Source of the DNA: Clostridia bacterium
GTDB lineage: Bacteria > Bacillota > Clostridia > Monoglobales > Monoglobaceae
Direction: 5' to 3'
Length of the DNA: 49,161 nt
Assembly (NCBI GenBank): GCA_017503225.1
Contig: JAFVTM010000053.1
Location: forward strand, 1 to 49,161
The position numbers and the translations under genes were made by a program. The stretch's first letter is position 1. Every line of letters starts with the position of its first letter. The notes below the pieces were generated by a model. It worked only from the letters and a program-made list of their open reading frames with translations. It ran no database searches and was not told the DNA's origin. Shown here piece after piece: positions 44,513 to 49,161 of this stretch.

Positions 44513-45117
44513 TGAAAAAGACATTTTTGAATGGTATTTTTAAAGAAAACCCCACTTTCGCACTTTTCCTTGGTATGTGTCCTACACTTGCGGTTACAAC
44601 TGCTGCATTTAATGGAGTAGGAATGGGACTTTCCACAATGGCGGTGCTTATTTGCTCAAATATTTTTATCTCACTTCTTAGAAAATTTATTCCTGAAAAG
44701 GTGAGAATTGCAGCGTATGTTGTGGTAATTGCCAGTTTTGTTACTGTGGTTGAGATGGCGCTTAAGGCTTATGCTCCGGCGGTTTCTGAGTCGCTCGGGC
44801 TTTATATTCCGCTGATTGTTGTAAACTGTATCATTCTTGGTCGTGCAGAGGCTTTTGCTTCAAAGAACGGAGCACTTGCATCGGCTGTTGACGGACTTGG
44901 AATGGGACTTGGATTTACATTGGCGCTTACTATTATCGGAAGTGTCCGTGAAATTTTGGGTGCCGGAACGTTCTTTGGCATTTCATTGTTTGGCGAAAGC
45001 TTTCAGCCGGTTACCATTATGATTTTGCCTCCGGGTGCGTTTCTGACTCTTGGAATTATTGTTATGGTTATAAACATCATTTCAGCAAAGAAGAAAGGGG
45101 CGGATAAAGTTGCTTAA
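44512..45117 (+). CDS. rnfE: Rnf complex subunit E
   Basis: NPTFALFLGMCPTLAVTT, LYIPLIVVNCIILGRAEAFA. Confidence 0.92.
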   Translation: MKKTFLNGIFKENPTFALFLGMCPTLAVTTAAFNGVGMGLSTMAVLICSNIFISLLRKFIPEKVRIAAYVVVIASFVTVVEMALKAYAPAVSESLGLYIPLIVVNCIILGRAEAFASKNGALASAVDGLGMGLGFTLALTIIGSVREILGAGTFFGISLFGESFQPVTIMILPPGAFLTLGIIVMVINIISAKKKGADKVA

Positions 45118-45700
45118 AGAATTTATCATTATCAGTATAGGTGCAATTCTTATACAGAATTTCGTACTTGTTCAGTTCCTTGGAATTTGTCCTTTTCTTG
45201 GCGTTTCAAAAAAGGTTGAAACAGCTCTTGGTATGGGCTTTGCAGTGGTGTTCGTAATGGCTTGTGCATCCGCTATCACATGGGCTGTGCAGCAGCTTTT
45301 GGTGCTTTTCCATATTGAGTATTTGCAGACTATTGCTTTCATTTTGGTTATTGCTGTTCTTGTTCAGTTTGTGGAGATGTTTTTGCAAAAATCAATACCG
45401 GCACTTTATAATTCATTGGGAATTTATTTGCCACTCATTACTACCAACTGCGCGGTGTTGGGTGTTGCTATTGTTAATATAACAAAATTTGGCGGTGCAG
45501 AGCTTAGCTTCTTGAAATCTTTGGTTTATGGTACAAGTGCAGGTCTTGGATTTACCCTTGCTATTGTCCTTTTTGCCGGAGTCAGAGAACGTCTTGAGAG
45601 CTCGGATATTCCAGAGTTCCTTAAAGGCATGCCTATAACACTGATTACTGCTAGCTTACTTTCAATTGCATTTATGGGATTTTCGGGACTTAGCTTTTAG
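45110..45700 (+). CDS. rnfA: Rnf complex subunit A
   Basis: NFVLVQFLGICPFLGVSKK, IYLPLITTNCAVLG. TTG start overlapping the rnfE stop. Confidence 0.92.
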   Translation: MLKEFIIISIGAILIQNFVLVQFLGICPFLGVSKKVETALGMGFAVVFVMACASAITWAVQQLLVLFHIEYLQTIAFILVIAVLVQFVEMFLQKSIPALYNSLGIYLPLITTNCAVLGVAIVNITKFGGAELSFLKSLVYGTSAGLGFTLAIVLFAGVRERLESSDIPEFLKGMPITLITASLLSIAFMGFSGLSF

Positions 45701-45718
45701 GATTAGGAGGACAAAGTG

Positions 45719-46543
45719 ATGGATATTTTATTACCTGTTGTAGCCATTGGTGGTATGGGACTTATATTTGGTGCTCTTCTGGCAGTGGCAGCAAAAATAT
45801 TTGCTGTTGAAAAGGATGAAAGAATTCCAAGAATCGTGGATGTTCTTCCCGGTGCAAACTGTGGCGGCTGTGGCTTTGCAGGATGCGGCGCTTATGCTGA
45901 GGCCGTGTGCAAAGGTGAGGCAGAGGTGAATTGCTGTCCCGTTGGCGGAAGTGATACAGCAAGCAAAATTGCTGAAATTATGGGCGTTGAAGCGGGGGAT
46001 ACCGAAAAAATGGTGGCTTTCGTGAAATGTGTAGGAAAGACATCAGTGGCGACAAACCGTTATATAAACGAAGGAAATCTTGATTGCCACACTGCCCACC
46101 GTCTTGGCGGCGGAATGAAAGGCTGTGCTTTTGGATGTCTTGGATTTGGTTCCTGCGTTTTGAAATGCCAGTTTGATGCAATCAGCATTGAAGACGGCGT
46201 TGCAATTGTAGACCCTGAAAAGTGCACAAACTGTGGTGCTTGTATAAAAGAATGCCCAAGAGGAATTATTGAGTCAATTCCATACAGTGCAAAAGGCAGA
46301 GTTGCCTGTGCATCAAAGGAAAAGGGAAAGCCTGTTATGGCTGTGTGCAAGGTTGGATGTATAGGCTGTGGCCTTTGCGCAAAGATTTGCGAAAGTGGTG
46401 CTATAACCATTGAAAACAATCTTTCCAAGATTGATGCATCAAAGTGTATTGGATGCGGAAAATGTACTGAAAAATGCCCAAGAGGAGCACTGCAAATTGA
46501 TGTAGCAGATGAATTCAAGATAAAAGAACCTGCTCAGGCATAA
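45719..46543 (+). CDS. rnfB: Rnf complex subunit B (polyferredoxin)
   Basis: N-terminal TM segment, [15 protein letters not shown], and several CxxCxxCxxxCP clusters. ATG 45719 (GTG 45716 is also possible) after AGGAGG. Confidence 0.92.
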   Translation: MDILLPVVAIGGMGLIFGALLAVAAKIFAVEKDERIPRIVDVLPGANCGGCGFAGCGAYAEAVCKGEAEVNCCPVGGSDTASKIAEIMGVEAGDTEKMVAFVKCVGKTSVATNRYINEGNLDCHTAHRLGGGMKGCAFGCLGFGSCVLKCQFDAISIEDGVAIVDPEKCTNCGACIKECPRGIIESIPYSAKGRVACASKEKGKPVMAVCKVGCIGCGLCAKICESGAITIENNLSKIDASKCIGCGKCTEKCPRGALQIDVADEFKIKEPAQA

Positions 46544-46554
46544 ATAAAGAAATG

Positions 46555-46589
46555 AAAACCCCCATACAGATGTATGGGGGTTTTGTTTT
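46555..46589. terminator. Bidirectional terminator (rnfB / small convergent gene)
   Basis: AAAACCCCCATAC / AGAT loop / GTATGGGGGTTTTGTTTT. Confidence 0.88.
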
Positions 46590-46597
46590 GCAAAGAT

Positions 46598-46774
46598 TTA
46601 GTTTTGCTTTCGTACAACGGCATATTCGTCGCCGTTTTGCCAGAATGAGCAGTCAAAGTCACTGCCGCTCAGGAATTTTTGCATATCGTCTTCGTCAAGG
46701 TTTATGGCGCATACATAGCAATCCATATATTCGTCGTATTCGTAATTTGCACAGGTTTCGCAATTTGTTGCCAT
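46598..46774 (-). CDS. Small (58 aa) acidic Cys-rich protein, zinc-ribbon-like; function unknown
   Basis: MATNCETCANYEYDEYMDCYVCAINLDEDDMQKFLSGSDFDCSFWQNGDEYAVVRKQN has a CxxC...CxxC...C pattern. RBS is AAAGGCGGTG. The upstream 50 codons of the track ORF lie before that RBS and span the promoter and terminator assigned at 46800-46876. From memory it resembles a small conserved clostridial DUF family. That is unverified. Confidence 0.65.
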   Translation of the reverse strand: MATNCETCANYEYDEYMDCYVCAINLDEDDMQKFLSGSDFDCSFWQNGDEYAVVRKQN

Positions 46775-46799
46775 AATTTCACCGCCTTTAGTTTGTTTT

Positions 46800-46828
46800 A
46801 TTTTATAACAAAGTGGGGTATTTGTCAA
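46800..46828 (-). promoter_or_regulatory. Promoter of the small Cys-rich protein gene
   Basis: The minus strand reads TTGACA, 17-nt spacer, TAAAAT. Confidence 0.6.
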
Positions 46829-46833
46829 TGGAA

Positions 46834-46876
46834 GAAAACACAAAAGAGGCGGACAAAGTTTATTCCATCCACCTCT
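46834..46876 (-). terminator. Minus-strand terminator insulating the small gene from the upstream non-coding region
   Basis: The minus strand reads AGAGGTGGA / 14-nt loop / TCCGCCTCT, then TTTGTGTTTTC. The one non-Watson-Crick pair is G-U on the minus strand but A-C on the plus strand. Confidence 0.6.
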
Positions 46877-47019
46877 TTTGCGTTTGTGTAGCAACAATGA
46901 GTCCTGCATAAGTAAGTATAGCATATAAATTTTTTAAAATAGAAAAATATCTCAATTTGTGATATTTAAGTTAGGAGAGAGATATCGTATGATAATCCTT
47001 TTTGAATAAGATTTTTTGC

Positions 47020-47405
47020 TTCAAGGGGAGTGCCCCTTGAACCCCCATTCCGCTGCTTCGCGTCTTAGCGGCGTGTAATTGTTCGGTATGTCTTCAAGCT
47101 GTGTCGCTCGGAAGAACAAACTTATTGTTCGCACTCACTAAAATGTCGTGCCCGCAGCTGAAATGGATTGCACGCCATTTTTCACTGCCCTTGATGTGCC
47201 TCGCAAACGCTCCGCAATCACCCCTCGCTTAAAGCGGAATATTTGTCGGGGTATTCCTTTGGGGTCTTAAGGGCTCACAGAGGCGGTCTCGAAGAAAAAG
47301 CCGCTTTAAGTTTTCGGCGAGTGACAGCTGGTTGCAAAGCCCAAACAAAGATGCAAAAATCGGCGGCACATTCACCTTTGCGGGTGCTGCCGATTTAATG
47401 AGTGC
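47020..47405. ncRNA. Candidate structured ncRNA region (family and strand unassigned)
   Basis: No credible ORF. G+C is 32/60 at 47041-47100 and 30/60 at 47161-47220, against 12/60 in the ordinary spacer at 36421-36480. Helices seen: 47020-28/47033-41 (9 bp), 47141-51/47170-80 (11 positions, one mismatch), 47228-37/47301-10 (10 bp), 47357-69/47384-96 (13 bp including one G-U on the + strand). Confidence 0.3.
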
Positions 47406-47484
47406 AAACAATGGGTTTGTTTTTCCGAATGGTCGTTATCGCAGGCAAGCCGAGCAGTACAGACCCCTGAGTTGCGAGTCGGTG

Positions 47485-47516
47485 AAAAAGGGGGACAGGG
47501 GGAAGTTTTCCCCCTG
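47485..47516 (-). terminator. Terminator-like G/C-tract hairpin with two alternative pairings
   Basis: The minus strand can form CAGGGGGAA/TTCCCCCTG (47516-47508 with 47504-47496). Alternatively it can form AGGGGGA/TCCCCCT (47515-47509 with 47495-47489), followed by TTTT. Confidence 0.4.
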
Positions 47517-47520
47517 ATTT

Positions 47521-47556
47521 AAAGATAAAAGAGGGCTACCGAGTGGTAACCCTCTT
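47521..47556 (-). terminator. Minus-strand intrinsic terminator
   Basis: The minus strand reads AAGAGGGTTACC / ACTC loop / GGTAGCCCTCTT, then TTATCTTT. The single non-Watson-Crick position is U-G on the minus strand but C-A on the plus strand. Confidence 0.6.
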
Positions 47557-47574
47557 AAATTATCGTATAGGGAT

Positions 47575-47583
47575 ATTATACCA
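47575..47583 (-). promoter_or_regulatory. Extended -10 element (TGGTATAAT) on the minus strand
   Basis: The minus strand reads TGG-TATAAT. There is no good -35 (TTCCAC at 17 nt). It lies about 20 nt upstream of the 47556 hairpin. Confidence 0.3.
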
Positions 47584-47714
47584 CAATAACGGAGGCGGTG
47601 GAACGTCGCCGTAGTGTTGTGATAAAACGTTCTCCGAAACACAGAAATCTTTGATTTCATTTTGTTTCGTGAGGTTGTTATTTCATATCCTTGATAGCTG
47701 CCTGCCGGAGCGTA

Positions 47715-47797
47715 AAAAATGTGCCTGTGACACATTTTTAGCGTAGGATTGCAAAATGCGAGAGCATTTTGGGATTGGGACAAAACGCTTGCGTTTT
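47715..47797. repeat. Three tandem A-tract / stem / T-tract hairpins
   Basis: AAAAATGTG-7-CACATTTTT (47715-47739), CAAAATGC-4-GCATTTTG (47752-47771), AAAACG-4-CGTTTT (47782-47797). All are strand-symmetric with short AT-rich stems. Confidence 0.45.
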
Positions 47798-47821
47798 AAC
47801 CATCATGCGAAGAGCGGCAAT

Positions 47822-47856
47822 AAAAGAAATAGAGGAGTATCGTTTGATACTCCTCT
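47822..47856 (-). terminator. Intrinsic terminator after ppdK
   Basis: The minus strand reads AGAGGAGTATC / AAAC loop / GATACTCCTCT, then ATTTCTTTTA. Confidence 0.85.
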
Positions 47857-47874
47857 TAAACAACCTAAAGGTTA

Positions 47875-49161
47875 TTATTTCATGTCTTTTATTGCTGCCT
47901 GAGCCGCTGCAAGTCTTGCAATCGGAACACGGAAAGGTGAACATGAAACGTAGTCAAGTCCAATTCTGTGACAGAATTCAACTGATACGGGGTCGCCGCC
48001 GTGCTCACCGCAGATACCGCAGTGAATTTCGGGTCTAACCTTTGTACCCTTTTCAACAGCCATTTCCATAAGCTGACCAACACCTGTCTGGTCGAGCTTT
48101 GCAAATGGGTCGTTTTCAAAGATCTTTGCATCATAGTATGCATCAAGGAACTTACCAGCGTCGTCACGTGAGAAGCCGTATGTCATCTGTGTGAGGTCGT
48201 TTGTACCAAAGCAGAAGAATTCAGCCTCTGTTGCGATTGCGTCAGCTGTCAAGCACGCTCTTGGGATTTCCATCATTGTACCAACTTCGTACTTAAGTTC
48301 AACGCCTGCTGCTGCGATTTCAGCATCTGCTGTTGCAACAACGTCTTTCTTAACGAAGTTAAATTCTTTGAGGTCGCCAGGGAGCGGAATCATAATTTCA
48401 GGAACTACATTCCAATCAGGATGAGCTTTCTTTACGTTGATAGCAGCACGGATTACAGCCTTTGTCTGCATCTTTGCGATTTCAGGATAAGTTACAGCAA
48501 GACGGCAACCACGGTGACCCATCATGGGGTTGAATTCGTGGAGTGATGCGATGATTGCTTTGATGTCAGCAACAGTCTTGCCCTGAGCATCAGCGAGAGC
48601 CTTGATGTCAGCTTCCTCTGTGGGAACGAATTCGTGGAGAGGAGGATCAAGGAATCTGATTGTTACTGGGTTGCCTTCGAGAGCTTCGTAAAGCTTTTCA
48701 AAGTCGCCCTGCTGATAAGGAAGAATCTTGAGCAACGCTGCTTCTCTTGCTTCTGCAGTATCAGAGCAGATCATTTCACGGAAAGCAGCGATTCTTTCAG
48801 CTTCGAAGAACATATGCTCTGTACGGCAGAGACCGATACCTTCAGCGCCGAGCTCACGAGCCTTCTTAGCGTCGGTAGGTGTATCAGCGTTGGTGCGAAC
48901 CTTCAAGGTTCTGAATTCGTCAGCCCAAGCCATGATTCTGCCGAATTCGCCAGCGATTTCAGCGTCAACAGTGGGGATAATACCGTCGTAGATATTACCT
49001 GTTGAACCGTCGATAGAGATAAAGTCGCCTTCGTTGTAAACCTTACCAGCGAGGGTGAACTTCTTGTTTTCTTCGTCCATAATGATTTCGCCGCAGCCTG
49101 ATACGCAGCAAGTACCCATACCACGAGCAACAACGGCAGCGTGAGATGTCATACCACCACG
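47875..49161 (-). CDS. ppdK: Pyruvate, phosphate dikinase, C-terminal part (5' end outside the window)
   Basis: Phospho-His motif TSHAAVVARGMG, the PEP-utilising TIM-barrel domain (GLCRTEHMF, FFCFGTNDLTQ, ICGEHGGDP). The frame is open to the window edge. Confidence 0.95.
   Translation of the reverse strand, partial: RGGMTSHAAVVARGMGTCCVSGCGEIIMDEENKKFTLAGKVYNEGDFISIDGSTGNIYDGIIPTVDAEIAGEFGRIMAWADEFRTLKVRTNADTPTDAKKARELGAEGIGLCRTEHMFFEAERIAAFREMICSDTAEAREAALLKILPYQQGDFEKLYEALEGNPVTIRFLDPPLHEFVPTEEADIKALADAQGKTVADIKAIIASLHEFNPMMGHRGCRLAVTYPEIAKMQTKAVIRAAINVKKAHPDWNVVPEIMIPLPGDLKEFNFVKKDVVATADAEIAAAGVELKYEVGTMMEIPRACLTADAIATEAEFFCFGTNDLTQMTYGFSRDDAGKFLDAYYDAKIFENDPFAKLDQTGVGQLMEMAVEKGTKVRPEIHCGICGEHGGDPVSVEFCHRIGLDYVSCSPFRVPIARLAAAQAAIKDMK

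Noticed and set aside
46973-47009. AGGAGAGAG plus a 6-codon mini-ORF (MIILFE, 46989-47009) preceding the first hairpin on the plus strand; possible leader peptide
   Set aside because: There is no convincing plus-strand promoter upstream and no plus-strand gene downstream to regulate. It is probably chance in AT-rich DNA.
47461-47495. Hammerhead-like CUGAGU ... GAAA arrangement flanked by CCCCT/AGGGG
   Set aside because: No stem II can form between the CUGA and GAAA elements (the GCGAGTCGG segment is not self-complementary), so the core architecture is missing.
47591-47654. GGAGG followed by a GTG-initiated 18-codon basic ORF (MERRRSVVIKRSPKHRNL) on the plus strand
   Set aside because: Only 2 nt separate the SD-like element from the GTG, which is too short for initiation.
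47436-47783. 115-aa minus-strand ORF (the longest ORF inside the non-coding interval), plus the 60-61-aa ORFs at 47229-47411 (-) and 47332-47517 (+)
   Set aside because: None has an RBS. The composition is Ser/Leu/Cys/Arg-rich with no motif. The 115-aa ORF runs straight through two terminator hairpins and a -10 element. This fits a chance open frame in GC-elevated structured DNA.
47020-47874. Known housekeeping RNAs (tmRNA, RNase P RNA, SRP/4.5S RNA, 6S RNA) or common riboswitches in the structured interval
   Set aside because: The diagnostic cores are absent on both strands. There is no GGnUUCGAC 5' end or tRNA-like T-arm, no GAGGAAAGUCC, and no GGAAGCAGC domain IV. I saw no T-box GGUGGUACCGCG (47541-47550 AGTGGTAACC is only a loose resemblance). 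I saw no CUGAGA TPP core in context and no B12 box. This is an eye check only, not a covariance-model search.
1-49161. CRISPR arrays, tRNA or rRNA genes, transposases, integrases, prophage or defence-system genes
   Set aside because: I saw no spaced direct-repeat arrays. No T-arm or anticodon-arm pattern is present (the GGTTCAAGGGG at about 47030-47045 on the minus strand lacks the rest of a tRNA). No ORF carries transposase, recombinase, nuclease-NTPase or toxin-antitoxin signatures.

Overview
This 49.2-kb window is chromosomal DNA from a low-GC, spore-forming Firmicute. Gene content (spoVT, spoIID, spoVB, SLH/S-layer proteins, Rnf complex) suggests Clostridia; that lineage call is inference only. 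Almost all of it is densely packed housekeeping DNA. In order, it contains: the tuf 3' end; nrdG-nrdD (anaerobic RNR) and trxB; spoVT; a four-gene minus-strand catabolic operon (enolase-superfamily enzyme, short M24 hydrolase, Zn-ADH, DHDPS-family lyase) with a divergent PocR-AraC regulator; rnhA; nifS-nifU-mnmA-pcrA plus a methyltransferase; a csp gene; hslO; spoIID-spoVB; rpsF-ssb-rpsR; a cell-envelope block (SLH amidase, U32 peptidase, 971-aa SLH protein); argCJB-argR-argDF; jag-yidC-yidD-rnpA-rpmH; dnaA followed directly by mnmE; a DnaD-like/DnaC-like pair; rnfCDGEAB; a small Cys-rich acidic protein; and the ppdK 3' part. I found no tRNA, rRNA, CRISPR array, transposase, integrase or recognisable defence system. 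The observations most worth follow-up are listed here. (1) A roughly 0.95-kb ORF-free, GC-elevated, hairpin-dense interval at 46925-47874 may encode one or more structured ncRNAs that I cannot assign to a family. (2) NrdD carries an in-frame C-terminal thioredoxin-fold (CPNC) domain and a Cys-Cys finger loop, with TrxB next door. (3) The dnaA locus is non-canonical: no dnaN, mnmE 7 nt downstream, and very few DnaA boxes visible. (4) The catabolic operon has no assignable substrate. All family assignments come from motif recognition by eye. No database search was run.
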